Shown here piece by piece: positions 18,058 to 24,973 of a stretch of 52,492 nt of DNA. This DNA is from a virus. Taxonomy: Duplodnaviria; Caudoviricetes. Made by a program: the position numbers and the translations under genes. Every line of letters begins with the position of its first letter. Positions within the stretch are counted from its first letter, which is position 1. The notes below the pieces were generated by a model. That model searched no databases. It saw only the letters and a program-made list of their open reading frames with translations, and was not told the origin of the DNA. The stretch is from positions 1-52,492 of IMG/VR virus record IMGVR_UViG_3300042922_000373; one strand, given 5' to 3'.

Positions 18058-18306
18058 TCAGTCGGTGACTGCGGGGGTCTCGTCGAGGGTGGCGTCCGGG
18101 AGCTCCGTGAGCACGTAGATCTCGCGGTCCTCGTCGTCGTTCTGGCGTGCGGCTGCGGCGATGGCAACGACGGTGATGATACCGAGCGCTGCTCCGCCCC
18201 AGACGAGCACCTTCTTGGCGACGGGGCCGAGCGAGAACTTCTTCGTGCTCTTGGGGGTCTCCTCGGTCGTGGTGGTGTCCTCGACGGGGGTGTCCTGAGC
18301 GGTCAT
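18058..18306 (-). CDS. small single-TM membrane protein
   Basis: TTGAAAGGAA RBS after the motif at 18336; VLVWGGAALGIITVVAIAAAA. Confidence 0.7.
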   Translation of the reverse strand: MTAQDTPVEDTTTTEETPKSTKKFSLGPVAKKVLVWGGAALGIITVVAIAAAARQNDDEDREIYVLTELPDATLDETPAVTD

Positions 18307-18335
18307 GATAGTTCCTTTCAAGTGGTGACAGTGGG

Positions 18336-18362
18336 TCATTATAGGCCCTGTATTTCTCGCGA
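18336..18362 (-). promoter_or_regulatory. 27-bp conserved promoter-like motif
   Basis: TCGCGAGAAATACAGGGCCTATAATGA. Confidence 0.8.
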
Positions 18363-18680
18363 GTCCTCGATGGCCGCGATTTGCTGGTTGTGCCGTGCGA
18401 TCTCCTCGGGACTACGATTTGCAAGCATGCGGTCGTATTCCTCGAGTTCTTCCGGGGTCTTGAGGCGGACCCTGGACATGTGATGGGCGGAATATGAGTT
18501 GGTCGCCTCGTCGAATTGGTGAATCACGTCACCCTTTTCGTACACGGCGAAACGAAGCCAATCCGCAAGGGATAGCCCCGTCTTTTCCCACTCTTCTCGA
18601 AGGAATGCCTCTTCCTTATTCACCAACTCTTGCTGGAACTCTCGCTGCTCTCTGAGAAGCTGCTCGACGTCGTAGGCCAA
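18339..18680 (-). CDS. hypothetical protein
   Basis: AAGGAG RBS, TTG start; its stop codon lies inside the promoter motif. Confidence 0.65.
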   Translation of the reverse strand: MAYDVEQLLREQREFQQELVNKEEAFLREEWEKTGLSLADWLRFAVYEKGDVIHQFDEATNSYSAHHMSRVRLKTPEELEEYDRMLANRSPEEIARHNQQIAAIEDSREIQGL

Positions 18681-18897
18681 TCTCAGTCTCCTTATACAGC
18701 ATGAACATGGACGTGACGAACTCGGATGAGTTGCCTTTGGCTTGGGTGAGGGCTCCCAGAGTCGCAGTGACGAAGACCGTCAGCTGTTCGTCCGAGAGCC
18801 CCTCGACCTCAATGCCGTGCTTCTTGAGTACCCGAGTCAGATCCCCCTCGAAAGTGGAATCATCGCCCTCCCAGGTATCGAATAACGCATCAGCCAC
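18616..18897 (-). CDS. hypothetical protein
   Basis: GTG start overlapping the end of the upstream small ORF. Confidence 0.55.
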   Translation of the reverse strand: MADALFDTWEGDDSTFEGDLTRVLKKHGIEVEGLSDEQLTVFVTATLGALTQAKGNSSEFVTSMFMLYKETEIGLRRRAASQRAARVPARVGE

Positions 18898-19030
18898 CTG
18901 GTGCACATTCAGCGTGGTAGACGTTCCCGGCGTGTAGCGCGACGTTATTGCCTCGGATTTCTCTCTGGCAGGTCTTGTCGTCGCACTCCATGTACTTCTC
19001 GCCGGAATCGCGGTCGTAGGTGACGCCCAT
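18890..19030 (-). CDS. small Cys/His zinc-finger-like protein (46 aa, not in the ORF track)
   Basis: MGVTYDRDSGEKYMECDDKTCQREI...YHAECAPGG; TGATG coupling. Confidence 0.55.
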   Translation of the reverse strand: MGVTYDRDSGEKYMECDDKTCQREIRGNNVALHAGNVYHAECAPGG

Positions 19031-19167
19031 CAGCGCTTTCCACCGCGCTTGGCCTTGCGCCGCTTAGCCACGGCCTTCTTGTGTCGAACCTCCTGTCGGG
19101 CCGCGAGATCCTTCTCACGACGCTCTCGTACTGCACGGAGGTATGACCACCCCGGAACTGGGATCAT
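19030..19167 (-). CDS. small basic protein (45 aa, not in the ORF track)
   Basis: AAGGA RBS; MIPVPGWSYLRAVRERREKDLAARQEVRHKKAVAKRRKAKRGGKR. Confidence 0.55.
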   Translation of the reverse strand: MIPVPGWSYLRAVRERREKDLAARQEVRHKKAVAKRRKAKRGGKR

Positions 19168-19454
19168 GTGTTCTTGTCCTTCTCGAATGGATAGCACGCA
19201 TAAGGATATCCGTGGTACACGAACACGGCGTCCTTATAGCGTTTGGGGATGAGTTGCTCGTAAGGTTCGATCTCCAACCCACATGCCGAGCAATATATGG
19301 GTATCAGCGCGATCGGGTAATCAGCGAAAGGAGTAGTAATCCTGTTTCGGAGGCTTCTGAAACGTAACCCCCATGACAGGACTCGCATCCCTCGCTGACG
19401 TGTAGAAGTAGGACACGTCGAGCTTGTGGTCGAGGTTCCAACCGAAGTCGTCAC
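19164..19454 (-). CDS. small CxxC...HGxPxxC protein (true start unclear, probably near 19320)
   Basis: CSAC...YHGYPYAC resembles ORF 14914..15117. Confidence 0.45.
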   Translation of the reverse strand: MTTSVGTSTTSSTCPTSTRQRGMRVLSWGLRFRSLRNRITTPFADYPIALIPIYCSACGLEIEPYEQLIPKRYKDAVFVYHGYPYACYPFEKDKNT

Positions 19455-20118
19455 CCATCGGCACGTTCCCCAGCCCGATCATGTCGTAGAACATGTTCAG
19501 GGAGGCGTAGTTGTTGTTGTTGATCTCGGCGTTGATCGCGTTGACGGCGGCGTCGACGATGTTCTGGTTGCCCCAGAAATATCGGTCTGTCCAGACATCG
19601 AGGCACTCGACCATCTTCTCGTCGAGACGCCGGGAGTCCGAGAGGAGATTGCGGTCATCCATCGGGTCGCGGTTTGCAACACGATCGCGGATGATCTCCT
19701 CTTCGATCTTGGCGTACTTCGAGTCACCCTGAAGCTCCCGAGTCTTGTCCCGCCACTCCGTCAAAGCCCTGTCGGAGAGGGTGTAAAGGCTCAGTAGAGC
19801 CGCCTTCTGCTTTGTGTTGATCGATTGTGCAGAGATGACACAGCCGATAGTGACCAAGCCGGCAGACAGGGGTGGTACGAAATGCAGCCAAGTCAGCTGG
19901 ACCTTCTCTTTGGCGGTGAGCGGAGTGCCCGGGTCGTTCGGATCGTTGACGTACCGCCGCTCCTCCTCGGCAAGGATGTCGTCATGGGCTCGGATTGCTG
20001 CCCTGGCCGACAGGATCCCGGTGAAGACCACCCCAGCCACCCCAGCGGCCGTGAGGATAGCCGACGAATTCTGAACGATCTTCTGGCTCAGAGTGGACGT
20101 GATGCTAGCGAATGTCAT
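19321..20118 (-). CDS. DUF6353-like protein (paralog of 13960..14910)
   Basis: NSSAILTAAGVAGVVFTGILSARA...ASLNMFYDMIGL...GDDFGWN. Confidence 0.7.
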   Translation of the reverse strand: MTFASITSTLSQKIVQNSSAILTAAGVAGVVFTGILSARAAIRAHDDILAEEERRYVNDPNDPGTPLTAKEKVQLTWLHFVPPLSAGLVTIGCVISAQSINTKQKAALLSLYTLSDRALTEWRDKTRELQGDSKYAKIEEEIIRDRVANRDPMDDRNLLSDSRRLDEKMVECLDVWTDRYFWGNQNIVDAAVNAINAEINNNNYASLNMFYDMIGLGNVPMGDDFGWNLDHKLDVSYFYTSARDASPVMGVTFQKPPKQDYYSFR

Positions 20119-20305
20119 CTTCTTCTTCCTTGTACTTGCGGAGGTATGCGTTGGTCAGGAGGATCAGGAAGAGGATAACGAACATCGCCCCCACAATAAT
20201 CCACCCGAAGGTATTGACGTTGACGTTGGCCTCAAGCCATCCGGCACCGAAAATAAGAACCCCGAGGACCACGAAGGTTCCGAGCCACCAGACGAGTGTC
20301 TTCAC
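20105..20305 (-). CDS. small membrane protein (2 TM)
   Basis: AAGGAGAGG RBS; two hydrophobic helices. Confidence 0.7.
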   Translation of the reverse strand: MKTLVWWLGTFVVLGVLIFGAGWLEANVNVNTFGWIIVGAMFVILFLILLTNAYLRKYKEEEDDIR

Positions 20306-20577
20306 GACAGCCTCTCCTTCAAGATGTTGTTCGTGTCGACAAACGTCGAGCCGGATACGTTGAGGGACTTGAGGGTGATCTCTTTCCCCGTGTCTTTCTG
20401 CACCAGCTTATGGTAGAAGAGCACATAACCCTCGTTCTCGACCAAGTGGCGAACCGCCGCCTTCTTGGTGACGAGTTCCGGACCGGAGAGATCCGTGAAG
20501 TCAAGGACGACGTGATCATCGTTGTCCTTGACCAGCGTGCGGAGCTCTTCGATGGCGACCTCGAACTTCGTAGCCAT
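20302..20577 (-). CDS. hypothetical protein
   Basis: ATG coupled (TGATG) to the upstream small ORF; MATKFEVAIEEL... Confidence 0.6.
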   Translation of the reverse strand: MATKFEVAIEELRTLVKDNDDHVVLDFTDLSGPELVTKKAAVRHLVENEGYVLFYHKLVQKDTGKEITLKSLNVSGSTFVDTNNILKERLS

Positions 20578-20708
20578 CAGTACGCCCACGCCATCGTCAT
20601 CTGGTAGCGATAGTTCCGGCGCTCCGAGAAAAGCGGGGAACCCTGCTTGGGCGGGAATCCGAAGTAGTAGGCAGCCTTCTTTGCTGCTCGGATCATCTTG
20701 TTCTTCAT
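20577..20708 (-). CDS. small hypothetical protein (43 aa, not in the ORF track)
   Basis: TCTTGAAAGGAG RBS; MKNKMIRAAKKAAYYFGFPPKQ... Confidence 0.6.
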   Translation of the reverse strand: MKNKMIRAAKKAAYYFGFPPKQGSPLFSERRNYRYQMTMAWAY

Positions 20709-20726
20709 GATGTTCTCCTTTCAAGA

Positions 20727-20827
20727 AAACAAAATTAGAAGGGCAAGTAGCGGTGCTACGTTGCGTCCAGTGGGGCTGCCACTCCGCGAGATGCGGGATG
20801 GACATCTATCTCTAGATCTCTTCTAAT
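20727..20827 (-). ncRNA. candidate multi-hairpin small RNA
   Basis: Outer stem ATTAGAAG/CTTCTAAT encloses ATCTA-GAGA-TAGAT, CCGC/GCGG, AGTGG/CCACT, GTCCA/TGGAC and GTAGC/GCTAC; ends in TTTTGTTTT. Confidence 0.55.
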
Positions 20828-20849
20828 ATAGGGTATGTAAAACTCGCGA
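20823..20849 (-). promoter_or_regulatory. 27-bp conserved promoter-like motif
   Basis: TCGCGAGTTTTACATACCCTATATTAG. Confidence 0.7.
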
Positions 20850-20851
20850 GG

Positions 20852-21169
20852 TCAGCTTCCGTACCGCTCAAGGCTGTATACCTGGACCGCCGCGACAAGA
20901 GCCTTGGCCATGGGATCACCGTCAGCTGCTTGGTTGACGATGTTGGTCCAGCGAATGCTTACGTGTCGGCGATCTGCCGCGAGACTCTCGATCCGGTCCT
21001 CGAGTGTGAAGGCCTCGACGTCGCGGTCGCTGGCCTGCACCCCACGAATATAGGCCGAACGAATGCCTTGCTCGATCATCGTGTCGACCGTACTGTCGTT
21101 CTTCGGGTAGTCACTGTAGGCCTTACGAACGACCTTGACCAGGTTCTCGACTATCTTCTTGTTGAGCAT
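20852..21169 (-). CDS. hypothetical protein
   Basis: AAAGGAG RBS. Confidence 0.7.
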   Translation of the reverse strand: MLNKKIVENLVKVVRKAYSDYPKNDSTVDTMIEQGIRSAYIRGVQASDRDVEAFTLEDRIESLAADRRHVSIRWTNIVNQAADGDPMAKALVAAVQVYSLERYGS

Positions 21170-21318
21170 CAGTTCTCCTTTATTCGGTCTCGCCAGTAGC
21201 GAATTGCGGTGTATACCTTCGAGGGGCTGTAGCCTGTCTTGATGGCTATCTGTCCACCAGTCAAGCCTCGCCTCTTAAGCTCGAAGATATTGAGTACATA
21301 GGCTGGAGGTGTCTCCAA
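21169..21318 (-). CDS. small HTH protein (49 aa, not in the ORF track)
   Basis: TTG start; IFELKRRGLTGGQIAIKTGYSPSKVYTAI; TGATG coupling. Confidence 0.5.
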   Translation of the reverse strand: METPPAYVLNIFELKRRGLTGGQIAIKTGYSPSKVYTAIRYWRDRIKEN

Positions 21319-21331
21319 TGGGCCTGTTTGC

Positions 21332-21523
21332 TTATTGGGCACTTGCGTTGGCGGTCCTTCTCGAGTCGTGTCCTTGCGGGAACGGGATGTTGCGGCGCCA
21401 GATAGCGGCTTCGTCGTAGAAGCCAGACACGGGTCGACCGATCACTGCGATGTCCCGGGGCTTGCGTCCACGACGACACGGCTGGTCGCCAACAGCACCA
21501 CAGGTGGGGCATGGCACTTTCAT
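21332..21523 (-). CDS. small zinc-finger protein
   Basis: TTGAAAGGAG RBS; VPCPTCGAVGDQPC...H. Confidence 0.65.
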   Translation of the reverse strand: MKVPCPTCGAVGDQPCRRGRKPRDIAVIGRPVSGFYDEAAIWRRNIPFPQGHDSRRTANASAQ

Positions 21524-21535
21524 GAGTCTCCTTTC

Positions 21536-21563
21536 AAAAATGGAAACCCGTGTTAGGGGTTCC
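21536..21563 (-). terminator. intrinsic terminator with CTAACAC loop
   Basis: GGAACCC-CTAACAC-GGGTTTCCATTTTT. Confidence 0.7.
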
Positions 21564-21577
21564 CACTTGACTAGTTG

Positions 21578-21691
21578 TTACTTGCGTCGCATTTCGCGTA
21601 CGAAGATTCCGATGAGCCAGAGTCCACTGGTGAGTGCCGTGAGAAGACAGTCTCCAATGAAACTCCAGAATCCATACTTTCCTCCGAACAT
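21578..21691 (-). CDS. micro membrane protein (37 aa, not in the ORF track)
   Basis: GAAAGGAA RBS; MFGGKYGFWSFIGDCLLTALTSGLWLIGIFVREMRRK. Confidence 0.7.
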   Translation of the reverse strand: MFGGKYGFWSFIGDCLLTALTSGLWLIGIFVREMRRK

Positions 21692-21717
21692 GAATGTTCC
21701 TTTCGTAAGTGGGGTGG

Positions 21718-21744
21718 TCATTATACCCCCTGTGAAAGTCGCGA
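21718..21744 (-). promoter_or_regulatory. 27-bp conserved promoter-like motif
   Basis: TCGCGACTTTCACAGGGGGTATAATGA. Confidence 0.8.
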
Positions 21745-21745
21745 C

Positions 21746-21777
21746 AAAATAAGAACCCGTGTTAGGGGTTCCTATTT
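21746..21777 (-). terminator. intrinsic terminator, exact 32-bp repeat of 22090..22121
   Basis: AAATAGGAACCC-CTAACAC-GGGTTCTTATTTT. Confidence 0.75.
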
Positions 21778-21784
21778 GAGTTGG

Positions 21785-22012
21785 TCACTCGTTGGGGTTG
21801 ATGAGCTTGTCAGCAGCGACTTCTCCAGCCACATTGGCGACGACGGCGAACACGATGACGGTGGGGATCGCGATGGCCAGCGTGATGAAGGTGGTCCGAA
21901 TCATTTCGGATACACGATCGAGCACGGGCTTCGCGGCCTCCTCCAAATCGGGGAGTTCGACGTTGACGTTGACGGTGTGGTTGAGGTCGATCGGCTTCTT
22001 GAACAGAGGCAT
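21785..22012 (-). CDS. small single-TM membrane protein
   Basis: TAAAGGAG RBS; TFITLAIAIPTVIVFAVVANV. Confidence 0.7.
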   Translation of the reverse strand: MPLFKKPIDLNHTVNVNVELPDLEEAAKPVLDRVSEMIRTTFITLAIAIPTVIVFAVVANVAGEVAADKLINPNE

Positions 22013-22040
22013 GATTTCTCCTTTAGTAGGGTGGTTGATC

Positions 22041-22067
22041 TCATTAAAGCCCATGTAAACTGCGCGA
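22041..22067 (-). promoter_or_regulatory. 27-bp conserved promoter-like motif
   Basis: TCGCGCAGTTTACATGGGCTTTAATGA. Confidence 0.75.
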
Positions 22068-22089
22068 CACCAAAACGATAGCCCATGCG

Positions 22090-22121
22090 AAAATAAGAAC
22101 CCGTGTTAGGGGTTCCTATTT
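22090..22121 (-). terminator. intrinsic terminator, exact 32-bp repeat of 21746..21777
   Basis: same sequence as 21746..21777. Confidence 0.75.
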
Positions 22122-22127
22122 TTGATG

Positions 22128-22391
22128 TCACTCGGTGGGGGTGGTTTCCTTGATGACGATCGTGTTGGCTTCCTTGGCTGCCTTGCGGTTCGCGCGGTGG
22201 GTCTTCACCTTGTCGGTGACTGCGCCCGCAACGACGATCAGGCCCATCGTTCCGAGTCCCACTGCGAGTGGGGCCAGGGTGGCGATGACGGCACTGACGA
22301 TCTGCTGCGGGACAGTCGCGGGTTCGGTGTAGTAGACGGTGATGTTCGCGTCGCACTCGGCGGCTTCGTTGCTGTCCATGAGTTCGTTCAT
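22128..22391 (-). CDS. small membrane protein
   Basis: AAGGAG RBS; hydrophobic central segment. Confidence 0.7.
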   Translation of the reverse strand: MNELMDSNEAAECDANITVYYTEPATVPQQIVSAVIATLAPLAVGLGTMGLIVVAGAVTDKVKTHRANRKAAKEANTIVIKETTPTE

Positions 22392-22418
22392 TTTAGTGTT
22401 CTCCTTAATAGAGGGTGG

Positions 22419-22445
22419 TCATTATACCCCCTGTAAAACTCGCGA
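22419..22445 (-). promoter_or_regulatory. 27-bp conserved promoter-like motif
   Basis: TCGCGAGTTTTACAGGGGGTATAATGA. Confidence 0.8.
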
Positions 22446-22455
22446 ATACATGGCC

Positions 22456-22480
22456 AAAAGATAAGCCTCCGTAGAGGCTC
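22456..22480 (-). terminator. intrinsic terminator with UACG tetraloop
   Basis: GAGCCTC-TACG-GAGGCTT ATCTTTT. Confidence 0.65.
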
Positions 22481-22486
22481 ACCTTG

Positions 22487-22639
22487 TTACTCCTGGGGAG
22501 CCTTGTCGTTCAGTTCTGCCTTGAGCGCCTCCCGCTCGGTCTTGATGGCGTCGCGCTTGGCTGCAACGTGGTTGCGGAGCTTCTGCGCGCCGTCCTTCAG
22601 GGACTTGCGGGCGACGAGGTCGAGGGCGAAAACAGACAT
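22487..22639 (-). CDS. small helical protein (50 aa, not in the ORF track)
   Basis: GAAAGGAA RBS; MSVFALDLVARKSLKDGAQKLRNHVAAKRDAIKTEREALKAELNDKAPQE. Confidence 0.7.
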   Translation of the reverse strand: MSVFALDLVARKSLKDGAQKLRNHVAAKRDAIKTEREALKAELNDKAPQE

Positions 22640-22660
22640 GGTTTTTCCTTTCGTAGGTGG

Positions 22661-22687
22661 TCATTATACCCCCTGTAAATCCTGCGA
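22661..22687 (-). promoter_or_regulatory. 27-bp conserved promoter-like motif
   Basis: TCGCAGGATTTACAGGGGGTATAATGA. Confidence 0.8.
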
Positions 22688-22709
22688 AAACGAAAGGCTC
22701 CGTAGAGCC
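22687..22709 (-). terminator. intrinsic terminator with UACG tetraloop
   Basis: GGCTC-TACG-GAGCC TTTCGTTTT. Confidence 0.65.
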
Positions 22710-22721
22710 GATCGCTTGCCT

Positions 22722-22823
22722 TTACTTCACGATGGCAGAGATGATGGTGTAAGCGTTCCAGATCCAGAGCGATGCTGCGAGTGCAGTACCGGTCCAGAAG
22801 ATGTAACGTTCGGTGATGTTCAT
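22722..22823 (-). CDS. micro membrane protein (33 aa, not in the ORF track)
   Basis: TAAAGGAG RBS; MNITERYIFWTGTALAASLWIWNAYTIISAIVK. Confidence 0.7.
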   Translation of the reverse strand: MNITERYIFWTGTALAASLWIWNAYTIISAIVK

Positions 22824-22846
22824 TTCGTTCTCCTTTAGTAGGGTGG

Positions 22847-22873
22847 TCATTATACCCCGTGTGATTTCTGCGA
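22847..22873 (-). promoter_or_regulatory. 27-bp conserved promoter-like motif
   Basis: TCGCAGAAATCACACGGGGTATAATGA. Confidence 0.8.
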
Positions 22874-22968
22874 AAAAAATAGGGGTTGTGAAACCAGCTT
22901 GATGGATGGTCCATCATGCCGATACCATTCCTGCTTGCGCGGTTCTGGTACCGGTTTCTTCGGTTTCA
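22873..22968 (-). ncRNA. candidate three-way-junction small RNA
   Basis: TGAAACC/GGTTTCA outer stem, CCGGTACCA/TGGTATCGG and TGATGG/CCATCA inner stems; ends in T7; no RBS-led ORF. Confidence 0.5.
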
Positions 22969-22992
22969 TTATAGGGCCCGTAGAATCTGCGA
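22966..22992 (-). promoter_or_regulatory. 27-bp conserved promoter-like motif
   Basis: TCGCAGATTCTACGGGCCCTATAATGA. Confidence 0.75.
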
Positions 22993-23001
22993 TTGGTTTT
23001 T

Positions 23002-23029
23002 GGAGAAATACCCCCCGGGCAATTTTTGG
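23002..23029. repeat. second copy of the cos-proximal AAAAATT-NN-CCGGGGGG motif
   Basis: CCAAAAATTGCCCGGGGGGTATTTCTCC (minus strand), compared with 47691..47720. Confidence 0.65.
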
Positions 23030-23089
23030 AAAAACAAAACACAAGCACGAACCGCGTGTAAGAGTTGGTGTTCTCCTACACGCGGTTCG
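23030..23089 (-). terminator. intrinsic terminator
   Basis: CGAACCGCGTGTA/TACACGCGGTTCG stem followed by a T-rich tract. Confidence 0.7.
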
Positions 23090-23113
23090 CGTTGAGTTGT
23101 CGTGAGTGGTTGG

Positions 23114-23413
23114 TTACTTCAGCAGTTTCCCGCCGAACAACGTCACAGCTTTCGACGTGAAGATCGCAGGGCCTTTGATCTCCAGGATGCCCATGGTCAG
23201 GATGCCGGCTACGTTTCCGATCGCGGGGATCCAGGCTTTGATGCCGGTGCGTTCCTTAGCATTGATTGCTTCGATTTCGCACAGCTTCTTGTACTGGTCC
23301 AGGCGAGCGTCGTATTCGGCGTCACTGGGGTCGAGGGCATGGAGAACTTCCAGCAGGTCGTTCTTCACATCTTGGTGTGTCGTGTGCTCGGTGGGCTTAA
23401 CAAGCTTCAGCAT
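23114..23413 (-). CDS. hypothetical protein
   Basis: TCTTGAAAGGAG RBS; hydrophobic C-terminus. Confidence 0.7.
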   Translation of the reverse strand: MLKLVKPTEHTTHQDVKNDLLEVLHALDPSDAEYDARLDQYKKLCEIEAINAKERTGIKAWIPAIGNVAGILTMGILEIKGPAIFTSKAVTLFGGKLLK

Positions 23414-23436
23414 ACGTTCTCCTTTCAAGAGTTATC

Positions 23437-23463
23437 TCATTATACCGTATGTGAAACCCGCGA
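23437..23463 (-). promoter_or_regulatory. 27-bp conserved promoter-like motif
   Basis: TCGCGGGTTTCACATACGGTATAATGA. Confidence 0.8.
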
Positions 23464-23465
23464 AG

Positions 23466-23912
23466 TTAGATCCCGGACAGACCGATGTTCTTCACTCGCA
23501 GTAGGACCTCGCTCTGGTTAGCGATCTCGCTGAGCTCCTTGTCGAGCGCCACGGTGAGAAGCCCGTCCTGCTCGTCGCCGGTACCCAGGATGAGATTGCC
23601 AGCATAGCGATCAGCATCCGCCTCAGCCTTCTCGATGGCATCCAGTTGCGCGACCACCGTCTGAACATTCGTCGCCCGCTTCTTGTTGACCTTGATGACG
23701 GTACCGAAGAGGATACCGATGATGCCGAGCGTCCCCACGATCTGCTCGCTGAAGGGCCAGCCCCACAGGATCGCGAGTCCCGCGTATGCCACGCCGATCG
23801 CCGGGAGGACGATCTCGACGTTGTTACGAAGGAACTCGTAGGTGGAATCGCTGATGAACGGCGTCTTGACCTCCGCGAGGTCCTTGCGCAGCAGTTCTTT
23901 GCTTTCAGTCAT
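23466..23912 (-). CDS. holin (Dp-1 holin-like)
   Basis: ISDSTYEFL....EIVLPAIGVAYAGLAILWGWP..EQIVGT; 2 TM; last gene of the tail module. Confidence 0.7.
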   Translation of the reverse strand: MTESKELLRKDLAEVKTPFISDSTYEFLRNNVEIVLPAIGVAYAGLAILWGWPFSEQIVGTLGIIGILFGTVIKVNKKRATNVQTVVAQLDAIEKAEADADRYAGNLILGTGDEQDGLLTVALDKELSEIANQSEVLLRVKNIGLSGI

Positions 23913-23937
23913 AACAGTTTACTCCTATTTTGAAGGT

Positions 23938-24690
23938 TTAGTTGGCCGGCTTCCAAACGCCGCCACTGAACACGTACGGACGTCCCATCCTCCACGCACC
24001 AGCGTTGAAGACATAGGGAACAGCGGTCTTCCAAGCACCGCCAGTGAAAACCCTGGCTCCAGCCAGAGTACGGACCGAGATAGCCGACGCTGCGCCCCAG
24101 CCATTGGCGTTGTGGGACTGGATGTAGACGTGGTACTCGGTGTAGGGCTTGAGAACGGGGCCGGCGATACCATCCTGAGGATCGGTGTAACCAGCAGGGC
24201 CATTATCAGTCCAGATGATGGGGTTTGAGCCGCTCGGGGTGATCTCATACCAAGTGGCACGGTCCTGATCGATGCTCGCACCGCCGTTACTTCCTCGGTT
24301 GTAGGAGATGCCTAGGCGGGTGGCAGTAGCCAGCGTGAGGGACAGGTTAGTCGGGGCAGAGGGCACCGTAGAGCGGTTGATGCGCTGCCAGAACTCGGTC
24401 GGCCCACCGAAACCCTCGGTACCGGTGTAGTCGATCTTAAACGCGATGTCCTGCGTGGTACCAATGTTGTACGAGGCTACGTGTCGCCACTCTCGGTTGG
24501 AGTAGTTGGCGACTCTACCGGCCCAGTTAGTACCGCCAACCCACGCGCCGATATACCGATCCCACCGAAAGCCCGGCGACCCAACGAAGGTTGCCGAGAG
24601 GCCTGCCTGGATGTGAAACTCCACACTAAGGCCCTGGTCTCGGATGAGCATGATACCGCCGTTACCGGTACCCTTTGTGTAGTCAGTCAT
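23938..24690 (-). CDS. minor tail protein with a fibronectin type III-like domain
   Basis: TVPSAPT...NGGASID...LKPYTEYHVYIQSHNANGWG; C-terminal GAW repeats. Confidence 0.7.
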   Translation of the reverse strand: MTDYTKGTGNGGIMLIRDQGLSVEFHIQAGLSATFVGSPGFRWDRYIGAWVGGTNWAGRVANYSNREWRHVASYNIGTTQDIAFKIDYTGTEGFGGPTEFWQRINRSTVPSAPTNLSLTLATATRLGISYNRGSNGGASIDQDRATWYEITPSGSNPIIWTDNGPAGYTDPQDGIAGPVLKPYTEYHVYIQSHNANGWGAASAISVRTLAGARVFTGGAWKTAVPYVFNAGAWRMGRPYVFSGGVWKPAN

Positions 24691-24699
24691 TCACACCCC

Positions 24700-24903
24700 C
24701 TAGATCTTGAAGAAGATCTCACCGTTGGTTCGTCCCGAAGTGCCCGGCACGGTCGTACCGTACTGAGAACGCTTCGCGATGAGATCTCGAGTGACGTTGA
24801 TCTCGTCACCACCGTACTTGACCTTGTGCTGCGTCGGGTCGATCACTGGCATGCCCGCAGCAGCGGCAGCAACACCAGCATTGCTGTAATCAGGTTCAGC
24901 CAT
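24700..24903 (-). CDS. small tail-associated protein
   Basis: TTGAAAGGAG RBS; position in the tail module. Confidence 0.6.
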   Translation of the reverse strand: MAEPDYSNAGVAAAAAGMPVIDPTQHKVKYGGDEINVTRDLIAKRSQYGTTVPGTSGRTNGEIFFKI

Positions 24904-24973
24904 GACTGTCTCCTTTCAAAGAATGTGGACTCAGCCAGGGGACCCCCGTATCTTGGAGGCCCCCCAGCGAGTA

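Noticed and set aside
21500-23470. CRISPR-like array of repeats
   Set aside because: Repeats are degenerate, 120-470 bp apart and separated by genes; no cas operon
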